In this document: positions 1-9,928 of the stretch, in pieces | Layout: each line of letters opens with the position of its first letter | Position numbering within the stretch: position 1 is the first letter of the stretch | Assembly (NCBI GenBank): GCA_021372785.1 | Contig: JAJFTT010000004.1 | Location: 19,891 to 83,890 of the forward strand | Direction of reading: 5' to 3' | Length of the DNA stretch: 64,000 nt | From: Negativicutes bacterium | GTDB lineage: Bacteria > Bacillota > JAAYKD01 | Translations under genes and position numbers: made by a program | Notes under the pieces: model-generated | Seen by the model: the letters and a program-made list of their open reading frames with translations, nothing else | The model's database searches: none | Told to the model about the DNA's origin: nothing

Positions 1-314
1 CGTTCGCCGCGCCCCAGCTTGATCCATTGGCCAAGACCGAGACGGCGGGCACAAGCCGACAGACTTTCCTCGCAGACCAAAGCCGCCCGCAGCGCTGTCA
101 TTTCTCCTTCGGCGCTTGCCGGATAAGTTTCGTAAAGCCAGCGGGATACCGCCAACTCCACCACGGCATCACCTAAAAATTCCAATCGTTCATTGCCTTG
201 CAGCGGTGTCAACCCAGCCTCATAAATCGCTGAATTATGCCACAAGGCTCTTCTCAGCAGCGGCGCTGCCTTGACCGGCAAGCCTAACGCCTGCTGTAAT
301 GCGGTCTCTTCCAT
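1..314 (-). CDS. rnc: Ribonuclease III, N-terminal part (runs off the window edge)
   Basis: Manual translation from ATG at 314 (RBS GAAGGAG): MEETALQQALG...GNERLEFLGDAVVELAVSRWLYETYP...EGEMTALRAALV. Contains the RNase III signature NERLEFLGD; lies downstream of acpP as usual. Not in the ORF track. Confidence 0.95.
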   Translation of the reverse strand, partial: MEETALQQALGLPVKAAPLLRRALWHNSAIYEAGLTPLQGNERLEFLGDAVVELAVSRWLYETYPASAEGEMTALRAALVCEESLSACARRLGLGQWIKLGRGE

Positions 315-377
315 ACCTTGTTGCTCCTTCGTCAAAAAGAGGCTGCCCGCTTATCAGACAACCTCTCAGCGTTTGTT

Positions 378-608
378 TTACATTTTGGCTTGCAGGAAGG
401 CAACGGCATCTCCGACTGTCTTGATCTGCACAACGGCATCGTCATCCAGTTCCACTCCAAAGGAATCCTCCATGGTCATCACCAACTCGAATAAATCGAT
501 GGAATCAGCCTGAAAATCCGCTTTGAAATCAGAGGCAAGCGTCACTTTCTCCGGTGCAACTTTCAATTTTTCCACAATGATCGTTTTTAATTTCTCAAAT
601 ACATCCAT
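378..608 (-). CDS. acpP: Acyl carrier protein
   Basis: ADSIDLFE phosphopantetheine motif. The likely start is ATG at 608 (MDVFEK) after AGGGAGG; the track extends it to 632. Confidence 0.95.
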   Translation of the reverse strand: MDVFEKLKTIIVEKLKVAPEKVTLASDFKADFQADSIDLFELVMTMEDSFGVELDDDAVVQIKTVGDAVAFLQAKM

Positions 609-632
609 ATCGGCAACCTCCCTTCCCTGCAA

Positions 633-1637
633 TTATTCCGACTCGTTCTGAGCCATGATCTGACGGAACTCTTCGATGATATTGCTTTCAATAAATCCGT
701 TGGCGGCGCGCAGGGCGGAATAAATCGCCCTGGCCTCGGAAGAACCGTGACCCTTCAGGCAGATTCCATTCACCCCAAGCAAGGGAGCGGCTCCGTATTC
801 GCTGTAATCCAGGCGATTTTTAAAACGGTGCATTGCCGGTTTGATCAGCAGACCACCCAGCTTGCCACGCTGATCCGCATAGAGTTCCTGCTTTATCATT
901 TCGGAAAACGTCACGGCTAATCCTTCTGTCAGCTTTAAAATCACGTTGCCGGTAAAGCCGTCGCAGACGGCCACATCGACCGTTCCGGTAAAGAGTTCTC
1001 TGGCTTCCAGATTGCCGACAAAATTGAGCCTGGCTTTTTTCAGCAGCTGATACGCTTCCTGATAGAGCGGACTGCCTTTTTCTTCTTCCGTACCAATGTT
1101 GATCAGCCCGACTCTTGGGTTTTCCACTTGGCGGGCAAACTGCATATATTTGCTGCCCATCAAACCAAATTGCAACAGATGATTCGCCTTTGCTTCGGCA
1201 TTGGCGCCGGAATCCAACAATAAAACAGCTTTGTGATCCACGGTCGGCAGCAACGGCGCCAGGGCAGGGCGTTCCACACCCTGCATGCGGCCTAAAACAA
1301 ATAAGCCGCAAGCCAGGAGGGCGCCTGTATTGCCGGCGGAAAAAACGGCTTCCGCCCTCCCCTCTTTCACCAAACGGTGCGCTACCACCATGGAAGAATC
1401 TTTCATCCGACGCACCGCCAGCGCCGGCGCATCTTCAAAACCAATCACCTGCGTAGTTGGAACGATTTCAATTTTCAAACCTTTCGTATGCAGCACGGAA
1501 AGTTCTTTGCCGATCGCATACTCATCTCCTACCAGCAGCAAATCCAAGCCGAATTCAGCCGCCGCCGATACAGCGCCCTGCACAATCGCTTTCGGAGCAT
1601 GATCCCCACCCATACAATCCAGTGAAATTCGTTTCAT
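633..1637 (-). CDS. plsX: Phosphate acyltransferase PlsX
   Basis: DCMGGDHAP, SAGNTGA, DGFTGN and KGHGSS motifs; plsX-acpP-rnc synteny. Confidence 0.97.
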   Translation of the reverse strand: MKRISLDCMGGDHAPKAIVQGAVSAAAEFGLDLLLVGDEYAIGKELSVLHTKGLKIEIVPTTQVIGFEDAPALAVRRMKDSSMVVAHRLVKEGRAEAVFSAGNTGALLACGLFVLGRMQGVERPALAPLLPTVDHKAVLLLDSGANAEAKANHLLQFGLMGSKYMQFARQVENPRVGLINIGTEEEKGSPLYQEAYQLLKKARLNFVGNLEARELFTGTVDVAVCDGFTGNVILKLTEGLAVTFSEMIKQELYADQRGKLGGLLIKPAMHRFKNRLDYSEYGAAPLLGVNGICLKGHGSSEARAIYSALRAANGFIESNIIEEFRQIMAQNESE

Positions 1638-1658
1638 TTGCTCACATCCTTAAATCCT

Positions 1659-1687
1659 ATTATACTGAATCATCCGCCAAAAAGCAA
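1659..1687 (-). promoter_or_regulatory. Sigma-A promoter for plsX-acpP-rnc
   Basis: Minus strand TTGCTT-17 bp-TATAAT just upstream of the plsX start. Confidence 0.65.
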
Positions 1688-1765
1688 GAAAAGAAGCCTC
1701 CGGAAACGTACTGCTTACGTATTCAAAGGCTTCCCTCATGCGTGATACACGAATGACCTATTCAC

Positions 1766-1951
1766 TTATTCCTGTACGGTAACAACTTCCTTACCGTTGT
1801 AGTATCCGCAATTGGGACATACACGATGGGATAGTTTTGGTTTGTGGCATTGGGGGCATTCTGCTAATCCGGGAACGCCCAGACGGAAACTGTTGGCACG
1901 ACGACTGTCACGGCGAGCCTTGGATGTTTTGCTTTTGGGAACAGCACCCAT
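1766..1951 (-). CDS. rpmF: 50S ribosomal protein L32 (Zn-ribbon form)
   Basis: [16 protein letters not shown]...CPQC...[10 protein letters not shown]. Confidence 0.97.
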   Translation of the reverse strand: MGAVPKSKTSKARRDSRRANSFRLGVPGLAECPQCHKPKLSHRVCPNCGYYNGKEVVTVQE

Positions 1952-2010
1952 TCTTCACACCTCCTTCTTCGGTGTTATCATTACCGCCTGATCACAAGGC
2001 GGGTTCTGAA

Positions 2011-2559
2011 TCACTTTACATTCTTCTTCCGCCATTGACTGAGTACAGCCAGACGAGGATCTGTGACATTCTGATGACAATCACAGGGACCTTCATTGAG
2101 ATTGGCACCGCATTGATCACATAGACCCAGGCATTCTTCCTTGCACAACGGCTTCATGGGAAGCTGACTGAAGAAGGTTTCAATCAATAAACGGCTGACA
2201 TCAATTTGATCTGCTGCCAACACCGGTAAAAAACGATCTTCTTTCGAGTCTGCGTCCTCTTCAGAGTCATCTTCTTCCACATCTGCCATCGGAACAAATA
2301 AATACTGTTCCGCCAGATCAAAGGTCAGCACCTGCTGAAACTCCACGAGACAGCGGCAGCAAGTCAGCTGCAGCTGCGCCGCAGCCTGACCGGTGACCAA
2401 AAAACGATCTCCCGCATTGGTCACGAGTATCGATGCATCCACCGGCTGTAATAAATGCATATCCAGATCACTCAGATCAAAATGCGCAATCTCTTCCTGC
2501 CAGCATGCGGATTTTTGGTCTCCGACCAATCTTTTTAACTCAGCAACGGATATGATCAT
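2011..2559 (-). CDS. yceD: DUF177/YceD family protein
   Basis: CCRCL and LPMKPLCKEECLGLCDQCGANLNEGPCDC...DPR motifs; upstream of rpmF. Confidence 0.93.
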   Translation of the reverse strand: MIISVAELKRLVGDQKSACWQEEIAHFDLSDLDMHLLQPVDASILVTNAGDRFLVTGQAAAQLQLTCCRCLVEFQQVLTFDLAEQYLFVPMADVEEDDSEEDADSKEDRFLPVLAADQIDVSRLLIETFFSQLPMKPLCKEECLGLCDQCGANLNEGPCDCHQNVTDPRLAVLSQWRKKNVK

Positions 2560-2587
2560 GGAATCACCTCAAAACAGTCTGCAAAGT

Positions 2588-2616
2588 ATTGTATCCTTTT
2601 CTGACGTTTTTGTCAA
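2588..2616 (-). promoter_or_regulatory. Sigma-A promoter for yceD-rpmF
   Basis: Minus strand TTGACA-17 bp-TACAAT. Confidence 0.8.
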
Positions 2617-2697
2617 GATGCACCGGGGGAAATGTTTGCAGAATATTGCTTGATCTGATCGGAAAGCTTTGATACAATAAAAATAAAAACGAAGGAG

Positions 2698-3924
2698 GTG
2701 CCTGGTTTGGCAATTGTGGGTATTATCGCGGAATATAACCCGTTTCATGCGGGACACGCCTATCACTTGCAGCAGGCGAAAGCTGCCGCAGCGGCAGAAG
2801 CTGTGATTGTTGTGATGAGCGGCTTTTTTACCCAGCGCGGCATCCCCGCCCTGATTCAGCCCTGGCAGCGTGCCAAAGCGGCCCTGCAGCAGGGAGCCGA
2901 TTTAATTCTGCAGCTGCCGGTCGTTTATTCCAGTGCCAATGCCGATCGTTTTGCCGGCGGCGGCGTCTCTCTGCTCAGTCAATTACCCGGCATCACCCAC
3001 TTGAGTTTCGGCTGTGAAGCGGCAAACCCGGCTGATTTGCTGCAATTAAGCGCAGCGCTGCGCACAGACGCCATCGCCGCAGCCGCGAAACAGCTGCAGT
3101 CGCTGGGTAACAACCATGCCAAGACCCAGATGCTGGCCATTGCTTCCCTGCCGCAGTACGCGGACCTGGCGCCTTTGATGCAGCAGCCCAATAACACCCT
3201 GGCGCTCAGTTATCTGCAGGCGATCCAAGAACAGCACAGTGCTCTGCTCCCTTTGCCAATTCAACGGCAAGGCGCCGGTTATCTGGACAGCAGCCTGCAG
3301 CCGCTGGCCAGCGCCACCGCCATCCGCAAAACGATGGCGGAAGGCGGCTTCACCCGTTTAAAAGAGTATCTTCCACCCGGCAGTTATGAAGTTTTGCAGC
3401 AGGAGCTGACTGCCGGACGGGTCATCTATGCGCTGCAGGCTTTTGAACAGGCCATCTTACTGCTGCTGCGCACCGCTTCTCCGGCAAAGCTCGCTCAGCT
3501 GCCGGAGCTCAGCGAAGGCCTGGAAAATCGTTTCTATGCCAACCGCAATGCCGACAGCCTAGCAGATTTCCTGCAAGAGGTGAAGACCAAACGTTATCCC
3601 TACAGCCGTTTGCAGCGCAGTCTTTGTCATCTTCTGCTGCAGATTGATAAAACAGCCGAACCGCTCTACCGGGGCCCCGCGCAGTATGCCGTAGTCCTGG
3701 GCTACAATCGCACCGGTCGGGCTCTCTTGAACCAATGGCGCAGCCACTCAAGCATCCCGCTGATCACCCAACCGCAGAAGCAAATGCGTGAATTGTCACC
3801 GTCAGCCGCCGCCATGCTCGCTTATGATTTGCTGGCAGCAGATCTCTGGCGGCTCGGTCTTACCGATGCACAGGCGCGCAGCCAGCTGCACTGGGACCGG
3901 CAACAGCCGGTGGCGGTTTCATAA
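2698..3924 (+). CDS. tmcAL: tRNA(Met) cytidine acetate ligase (YlbM/TmcAL, HIGH nucleotidyltransferase)
   Basis: GIIAEYNPFHAGH, MSGFFTQRG, SATAIR and KTKRYPYSRLQR motifs; divergent from yceD as in the canonical locus. Confidence 0.9.
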   Translation: MPGLAIVGIIAEYNPFHAGHAYHLQQAKAAAAAEAVIVVMSGFFTQRGIPALIQPWQRAKAALQQGADLILQLPVVYSSANADRFAGGGVSLLSQLPGITHLSFGCEAANPADLLQLSAALRTDAIAAAAKQLQSLGNNHAKTQMLAIASLPQYADLAPLMQQPNNTLALSYLQAIQEQHSALLPLPIQRQGAGYLDSSLQPLASATAIRKTMAEGGFTRLKEYLPPGSYEVLQQELTAGRVIYALQAFEQAILLLLRTASPAKLAQLPELSEGLENRFYANRNADSLADFLQEVKTKRYPYSRLQRSLCHLLLQIDKTAEPLYRGPAQYAVVLGYNRTGRALLNQWRSHSSIPLITQPQKQMRELSPSAAAMLAYDLLAADLWRLGLTDAQARSQLHWDRQQPVAVS

Positions 3925-3934
3925 AGTATCCTTT

Positions 3935-4939
3935 TTACGGAGCCGGGTTCAGGCCGGCCAGAAATTGCAGCGCATCGTCCAGCGTTTGCACCGGAATCAC
4001 GGTAATCGTGGCAGCCAAACTGCGTGCCGCCTCATAATTCTCCTGCGGTACCAAAAAATACCCGGCACCTGCTTTTTCGGCGGCATGCAGTTTTTGCTTG
4101 ACACCTTCGATGGCGCCAATGCTGCCGTCCAGGCGGATCGTGCCGGTACCGGCGATTTGATGCCCTCGCGTCAGATCTTCCGGCAGACAACGATTGATGA
4201 TTTCCAGCGTCATCATCAAACCGGCCGAGCCGCCGCCGATGTTCTGATCGGAAAAGCTGATTTCTCCGTCATAGCTCAAATCCCAGGCGACTTGGCTGAG
4301 ATAGATGCCCAGCTTTGCCGCCCCGCCGGCATCCTGCCCTACCTTGACCGGCAGAGTCAGGCTGTTGCCTTGCCGCAGCAATTGCAATTCCACGCTGTCA
4401 TTGACCTGCACCTGCAATAAGGCGCGCTGCAGATCCTCATTCAGAATGATCCTTTTCCCATTAAAACCCATAATGACATCACCGATTTGCAGCTGCTCCC
4501 TGAGGGTGCAGGCCGGTGTAAAATCGGCAATCTCCACACCGCCGCCGCTGACGCTGACGCTTCTGCCTGCTTTTTGCAAAGCGACCAGAACCGCCTTTTT
4601 TTGGCTTTCCGACATATTTTTCAGCATTTGCTCATCATACTCTTCAACCGTCATGCCGGCCGGTATCACGGCGCCTTTGGCTTTTAAATCCAAATTATGA
4701 TCAAACTGAGCCCGCAGCCAAATTGCGCCGTTGGCCTGTGCTGTATAGACACTCAGCATATAAAAGCCGCCGGTATCGTCCGTGTCACCGTCAGAAACAG
4801 TGATATAGGGCGCCAAATTGGTAGCCAGCCCATCATAATAGACAATATAATCCAAGGGATAGTAAAAGAAAGCGATTTCCAGCGTCAATAAGACCGCCAA
4901 TATAATCAGATAGCCTTTATTCTGCCGCAGCCATTTCAC
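3935..4939 (-). CDS. ylbL: PDZ-containing Lon-like serine protease (YlbL family)
   Basis: N-terminal TM segment, PDZ region, GGGSAGLMM (Ser) and GVKQK (Lys) dyad. The likely GTG start at 4939 overlaps the rsmD stop (GTGA). Confidence 0.88.
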   Translation of the reverse strand: MKWLRQNKGYLIILAVLLTLEIAFFYYPLDYIVYYDGLATNLAPYITVSDGDTDDTGGFYMLSVYTAQANGAIWLRAQFDHNLDLKAKGAVIPAGMTVEEYDEQMLKNMSESQKKAVLVALQKAGRSVSVSGGGVEIADFTPACTLREQLQIGDVIMGFNGKRIILNEDLQRALLQVQVNDSVELQLLRQGNSLTLPVKVGQDAGGAAKLGIYLSQVAWDLSYDGEISFSDQNIGGGSAGLMMTLEIINRCLPEDLTRGHQIAGTGTIRLDGSIGAIEGVKQKLHAAEKAGAGYFLVPQENYEAARSLAATITVIPVQTLDDALQFLAGLNPAP

Positions 4940-5520
4940 TGCAATTCCTCCGCTTCTCTTGCCGCCGCATAGCGATAAAACGAAATGACGCTCTCCCCTT
5001 GCCGGAGCTGACGATAGCGCTGCCAAACAGGAAACTGCTGCGGCAGCGCATCTTTTTGATGATGCTCGATGATCAGCAGCGTCGTTTGCTGCAGCCACTT
5101 GGCATCTGCCATCACTCTCACGGCTTCTTCCGCCATGCCCAAATGATAGGGCGGATCCATAAAAATGAGATCGACCGCCGCAGGCAAACGCAGCCTCTGC
5201 AGCCAGTTGAGTGCGTCTCCCTCGATCAGCTGCGTCTGTTTTTCAAAGCCGCAGCCGGCGATGTTATCGCGAATGATTTTAGCTGCTTCCGGCCGCAGTT
5301 CGATCATGGTCGCATAAGCCGCACCCCGGCTGATCGCTTCCAAACCAAAGGCGCCGCTGCCGGAAAAGACATCCAGCACCTGCGCCTCGGCGAGACAGGG
5401 AGTCAGGATGCTGAATAAGGATTCCTTCAGCCGGTCCGAGGTCGGCCGGGTCAATTCATCGTTGGGAGTTTTTAAGCGTCTGCCTCTGGCAGAACCTGCA
5501 ATAATCCGCATAACCATCAC
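4936..5520 (-). CDS. rsmD: 16S rRNA m2G966 methyltransferase
   Basis: MRIIAGSARGRRL, RPTSDRLKESLF, LDVFSGSG and FMDPPY motifs. Confidence 0.95.
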   Translation of the reverse strand: MMVMRIIAGSARGRRLKTPNDELTRPTSDRLKESLFSILTPCLAEAQVLDVFSGSGAFGLEAISRGAAYATMIELRPEAAKIIRDNIAGCGFEKQTQLIEGDALNWLQRLRLPAAVDLIFMDPPYHLGMAEEAVRVMADAKWLQQTTLLIIEHHQKDALPQQFPVWQRYRQLRQGESVISFYRYAAAREAEELQ

Positions 5521-5559
5521 CTCACTGATTTTCTTCTGCGCTGTTTTTTTCTAAGCTGC

Positions 5560-7635
5560 TCAATTGAGCCTGGTTACACAGTGACGAATCCATTGCCACT
5601 GTTCCTGCCGCAGCAACCCTGCCTGACCGCTGATTTTTCCGGCACAGTCTTTCACCAGCTGCAGAATTGTCTCGTCGATCTGCCAGCGGAAGATCAAAAA
5701 ATCAGTAAAACCGCTTTGATCGGTGCCAAGAATTTCACCGGGGCCCCGCAGTTCGAGATCCATCTGAGCCAAATAAAAGCCATCCTGGCTGTCACAGAGC
5801 GCTTGCAGCCGTTTTTCGGCAAAACCGGACAGCTTAGGTGCGCTCAGCAGGGCACAGTAAGCCTGATCCTGCCCGCGCCCGACCCGGCCGCGCAGCTGAT
5901 GCAGCTGGGCCAAACCAAAACGATCGGCTCCTTCCACCACCATCACCGAAGCAGTCGGCTGATCGACGCCAACTTCAATCACCGTCGTCGCCAAGAGTCC
6001 TTTTAGTCTTCCGTCGGCAAAGCGATTCATCACCTCGAAACGCTCAGCCGGTTTCATACCGCCATGTAAAACAGCCCAATATTTTGCAGGCCAGCGCCGG
6101 CTGAGCAGCTTGGCGCGTTCCTCAATGGAAGGCATCGCCGCTGCCGCTTCTTCGTCTGTCTCAATACTCGGACAAACCCAATAAACAGAACGCCCCTGCT
6201 GCATTTCCGCTAAACAAAAATCAACCAATTTCTCCACTCTGGCCTGCTCTTTCAGCCAGACTGTTTTGATCGGCAGGCGCCCCGGCGGCTGCTCATCCAA
6301 AATACTTAAGGAAGAATCGCCATAGAGCAGCATCGCCAGGCTGCGCGGGATTGGGGTTGCGGATAAGGATAAGCAATCGGGTACCGGCAGGCGATGCGCC
6401 AGCAGTTGCTGCCGCTGCAGAACCCCAAAACGATGCTGTTCGTCAATCACGACCAGACTCAAATTTTGAAAAGTCAGTGTTTCGGCAAAAAGCGCATGGG
6501 TGCCAACCCAGACACCTGGCTGCCCCGCCGCAGCTGCCGCCAAAGCCAGACGCCGCTCGCCGGCGCTGCTTTTACCGGTCAGCAGCAATACATCGATCTC
6601 CGGCGGCAAAAGTTGCCGCAAGGTTCTGGCATGCTGCCGGGCCAGCAATTCGGTGGGAGCCATCAGGACCGCCTGATGATTGTTCAGAACCGCCTGCAGC
6701 AGGGCGGCGGCAGCGACAACCGTCTTGCCGCTGCCAACATCTCCCTGCACAAAACGGCGCATCGGAGTCGGGCGCAGCATGTCACCTCGAATCTCTGTGA
6801 TGACGCGCTGCTGCGCTCGGGTCAGCTGAAACGGTAAGGATTGCCGCCAGGCTGCCAGGCGTTTGTCCGGAATCGCTTGAGTATAACCGCACTCGGCTTT
6901 GGGTTCAGCCTGCAGCAGCTGCAGCATCAGCATTTCATCAAACAATAAACGCTGCTGCGCCGCATGCAGTTCCGCTTCGCTTTGCGGGAAGTGAATCTGC
7001 TGATAAGCGGTCCTGCTGCTGCATGGTAAAAATTTCTCCCACTCCGGCGGCCAAGGTTCCGTCCAGAGGACTGGAAAAGCTGCCAGGGCTTGCTGCAGCC
7101 AACTGCGATAGAGTTTTGGCGAAATGCCTTCCGGCAGCGAATAGACCGCCTGCAGCCCGCCGCTGCCTGGTCCCTTGCCTGTTTGTTTGACTAAAATGCT
7201 GCGTAAATTGCCTTTTTGCTCCGCTTTGCCCAGAAGCCAGATCTGCTCACCGGTAACAAATTGATTCTTGCGGTAGGGTTGGTTGAACCAGATGGCAGTC
7301 AGGCGATTTCCCGCCGCATCCAGCACAGGCAGACGAACCATATTCAATTTTTTCTGACGTAAAATGGCACCCGCTCCGAGAACTTGCACATCGAGCAAAA
7401 CATCCTGTTCCGGCAAGGACTGAGGGGGGAAAGCAAGCATTTTTTGCTGCCGCCGATAGGTTTTTGGAAATCGATTCAGCAAATCCAGCAAATCATGGCA
7501 GCCGGCCGTCTGCAGGGCAGCCAGACGGCGCGGGCCCAGACCGGATAATTGCCGAAGAGAAAATGGGTCTGCTGTTTTCATTTCTTTTGCCACTGCTTCC
7601 TCTCCTTGCGCCGCAACATTAAAAAGAGGCCGCAT
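5560..7635 (-). CDS. recG: ATP-dependent DNA helicase RecG
   Basis: QGDVGSGKT, DEQHRFG, SATPIPR, QLHQLRGRVGRG and DLELRGPGE motifs. Confidence 0.96.
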   Translation of the reverse strand: MRPLFNVAAQGEEAVAKEMKTADPFSLRQLSGLGPRRLAALQTAGCHDLLDLLNRFPKTYRRQQKMLAFPPQSLPEQDVLLDVQVLGAGAILRQKKLNMVRLPVLDAAGNRLTAIWFNQPYRKNQFVTGEQIWLLGKAEQKGNLRSILVKQTGKGPGSGGLQAVYSLPEGISPKLYRSWLQQALAAFPVLWTEPWPPEWEKFLPCSSRTAYQQIHFPQSEAELHAAQQRLLFDEMLMLQLLQAEPKAECGYTQAIPDKRLAAWRQSLPFQLTRAQQRVITEIRGDMLRPTPMRRFVQGDVGSGKTVVAAAALLQAVLNNHQAVLMAPTELLARQHARTLRQLLPPEIDVLLLTGKSSAGERRLALAAAAAGQPGVWVGTHALFAETLTFQNLSLVVIDEQHRFGVLQRQQLLAHRLPVPDCLSLSATPIPRSLAMLLYGDSSLSILDEQPPGRLPIKTVWLKEQARVEKLVDFCLAEMQQGRSVYWVCPSIETDEEAAAAMPSIEERAKLLSRRWPAKYWAVLHGGMKPAERFEVMNRFADGRLKGLLATTVIEVGVDQPTASVMVVEGADRFGLAQLHQLRGRVGRGQDQAYCALLSAPKLSGFAEKRLQALCDSQDGFYLAQMDLELRGPGEILGTDQSGFTDFLIFRWQIDETILQLVKDCAGKISGQAGLLRQEQWQWIRHCVTRLN

Positions 7636-7663
7636 CCATCACGGCCTCCTCACTGAAAAATTT

Positions 7664-9337
7664 CTATTCGGCAGATAGGATATAATAGTAAACCGGCTGA
7701 CCGCCATAATACAATTCCACTTCCAGATCAGGATAATCTGCCTGCAGCTGCTTTTGCAGCGCTTCTGCCTCTGTCTGACTGACCTCTTCCCCATAATAGA
7801 TCGTGATGATCTCCGGATGATCCCGCAGCAGGGAATTCAGCAGCAGTTTGAGCACAATTTCCATATCGGAACCCGACCCTACGATATCATCCTCACAGAG
7901 CGCCAGATAATCGCCTTCGGCAATGACTTGTCCCTGCACCGTGGAATTACGTACCGCATGCGTGACTTGCCCTGTGCGGATGAGATTGGCTGCCTGCAGC
8001 ATCGCCTGCTGCATTGCCGCGTAATCAGTCGATTCCGGACTGAAGGCAAGCAAGGAAGCGATACCCTGTGGTACATTCTTGGTGGGAACGACATAAACTT
8101 TTTTCTCGCTCAGCCCTGCCGCCTGCTCGGCGGCAAGAATAATATTCTTGTTATTGGGCAGCACAAAAACATGTTCAGCCGGCACTTGCCCGATGGCTTT
8201 GACAATATCCTCGGTGCTGGGATTCATGGTTTGGCCGCCCTCCACCACAAAATCCACACCAAGGCTGTGAAAAATATCAATCAGACCGGAGCCGGCTGCC
8301 ACCGCAGCAACGCCGGCCGATTTCATTTCTGTCACAGGGGCAGCAGTTTCGCCGGCCGCCGTCTGCTCTTCATTCTGCAGCAGCAGATGGTGGTGCTGTT
8401 CCCGCATATTTTCCACTTTCACCCGGCTTAAGTTGCCCATCGCCAAAGCGTATTCGAGCGCCTTGCCGGGATGGTTGGTATGCACATGGACTTTTAAGAT
8501 TTTCGGATCGCCAACCACCATCAGAGAATCACCCAAAGGAGTCAATTCCTGAAGCAAGTGATCCTGATCCAACTTTTCGCCGAGAATAATCATTTCGGTG
8601 CAGTAGGCGAACTCAATCTCCGCTGAATTCTGCACTACACTCTGGGCAACGCTGGTTGGAGATGAGGATTGCGGTTTTTCTTCAACAGGCAATTCAATCT
8701 CTCCTCCCTTACCGCTAATCCCCTGCAGAAAGCCCTGATAAATCGCCAGTAAACCCGCGCCGCCGGCATCCACCACACCCGCCTGCTTTAAGACGGCCAG
8801 CTGCGAAGGTGTTTTTTGCAGCGCTTCCTCTGATTTTTTCACGATCAATTCAAAAAAAACAACGAAGTCTTTATGACTGCGCGCATTGACCAACGCTTCC
8901 TTGGCTGCTTCTTTGGCAACGGTAAGAATTGTCCCTTCGGTCGGGCGCATCACTGCTTTATACGCGGCGTTGACCCCTTCCTGCATTGCTTTGGCATAAT
9001 CCCCGGTGTTGATTTTTTCTTTGTTTTCCATCTGACGGCTAAAGCCACGAAACAGTTGAGACAAAATAACGCCTGAATTCCCCCGTGCCCCCATCAGAGC
9101 ACCCATACTGATCGCGCCCGTCACTTTACCCACCGTTAAATGATCCATGGCTGACAGCTCGTCGACCGCTGATTTGAGCGTAAGATACATATTCGTACCG
9201 GTATCTCCATCCGGAACCGGGAAAACATTCAATGCGTTGATTTGATCCCGCTGCTTCAATAATTGATTGGCTGCGGCAAAATACATCCTGCACAGATCAT
9301 CAGCATCCAGGAAATCTTTCGTTAGCTCTTCTGCCAC
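7664..9337 (-). CDS. fakA: DAK2-domain fatty acid kinase subunit A (YloV)
   Basis: NVFPVPDGDTGTNM, GARGNSGVILSQ and GGQTMNPS motifs. The likely start is GTG at 9337 after GGAGG; the track extends it to 9415. Confidence 0.93.
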   Translation of the reverse strand: MAEELTKDFLDADDLCRMYFAAANQLLKQRDQINALNVFPVPDGDTGTNMYLTLKSAVDELSAMDHLTVGKVTGAISMGALMGARGNSGVILSQLFRGFSRQMENKEKINTGDYAKAMQEGVNAAYKAVMRPTEGTILTVAKEAAKEALVNARSHKDFVVFFELIVKKSEEALQKTPSQLAVLKQAGVVDAGGAGLLAIYQGFLQGISGKGGEIELPVEEKPQSSSPTSVAQSVVQNSAEIEFAYCTEMIILGEKLDQDHLLQELTPLGDSLMVVGDPKILKVHVHTNHPGKALEYALAMGNLSRVKVENMREQHHHLLLQNEEQTAAGETAAPVTEMKSAGVAAVAAGSGLIDIFHSLGVDFVVEGGQTMNPSTEDIVKAIGQVPAEHVFVLPNNKNIILAAEQAAGLSEKKVYVVPTKNVPQGIASLLAFSPESTDYAAMQQAMLQAANLIRTGQVTHAVRNSTVQGQVIAEGDYLALCEDDIVGSGSDMEIVLKLLLNSLLRDHPEIITIYYGEEVSQTEAEALQKQLQADYPDLEVELYYGGQPVYYYILSAE

Positions 9338-9517
9338 ATGACTCTCCTCCGTTTCTGCTATGCTTATTTTCAGTAATTGACTGTATGAATTTGATCGGAA
9401 TGAATCTGCTGCCACCTGCTTCTTGAACAGAACTGCCCAAGAAAATGGCTCAATACCATTCTACACTGTATTCCATAAAATGAAAAGAGAATTATTTAAA
9501 ATTATTCTAAGCACAGC

Positions 9518-9546
9518 TTGTCAACTCCTTCAATCTATGTTAAACT
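9518..9546 (+). promoter_or_regulatory. Sigma-A promoter for rpmB
   Basis: TTGTCA-17 bp-TAAACT. Confidence 0.65.
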
Positions 9547-9587
9547 AAGCTTGTTCAACACTTGGCAACACCAAAGGAGGTGGAACC

Positions 9588-9779
9588 ATGGCACGAGTAT
9601 GTGAAATTTGCGGTAAGGGCATGACCACAGGCAACAATGTCAGTAAACGTGGTAATCGGAATCATAAAACGATTGCGCCAAACCTGCAGACCGTGCATGC
9701 GATCGTAGGAGGAACTCCTAAACGTATGCAAGTTTGTACCCGTTGTATCCGTTCCGGCAAAGTGCAAAGAGCGCTCTAA
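9588..9779 (+). CDS. rpmB: 50S ribosomal protein L28
   Basis: MARVCEICGKG...PNLQ...VCTRCIRSGKV; strong RBS AAAGGAGG. Confidence 0.97.
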   Translation: MARVCEICGKGMTTGNNVSKRGNRNHKTIAPNLQTVHAIVGGTPKRMQVCTRCIRSGKVQRAL

Positions 9780-9800
9780 TTGAATCCAGTTTGAAAATAA

Positions 9801-9829
9801 AAATCCCCGGTTTGCTGCCGGGTTTTTTT
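9801..9829 (+). terminator. Intrinsic terminator after rpmB
   Basis: CCCGG-loop-CCGGG followed by T7. Confidence 0.7.
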
Positions 9830-9928
9830 ATGTACCCCCCCGGCAGGAAACGCCGTCCTCCGGGAGGAGCTTTTTTTACCCCAGTCTCTTGCGCAGCGGG
9901 TCAGACCGCTGCCGCCGGGGAGGTTCGC

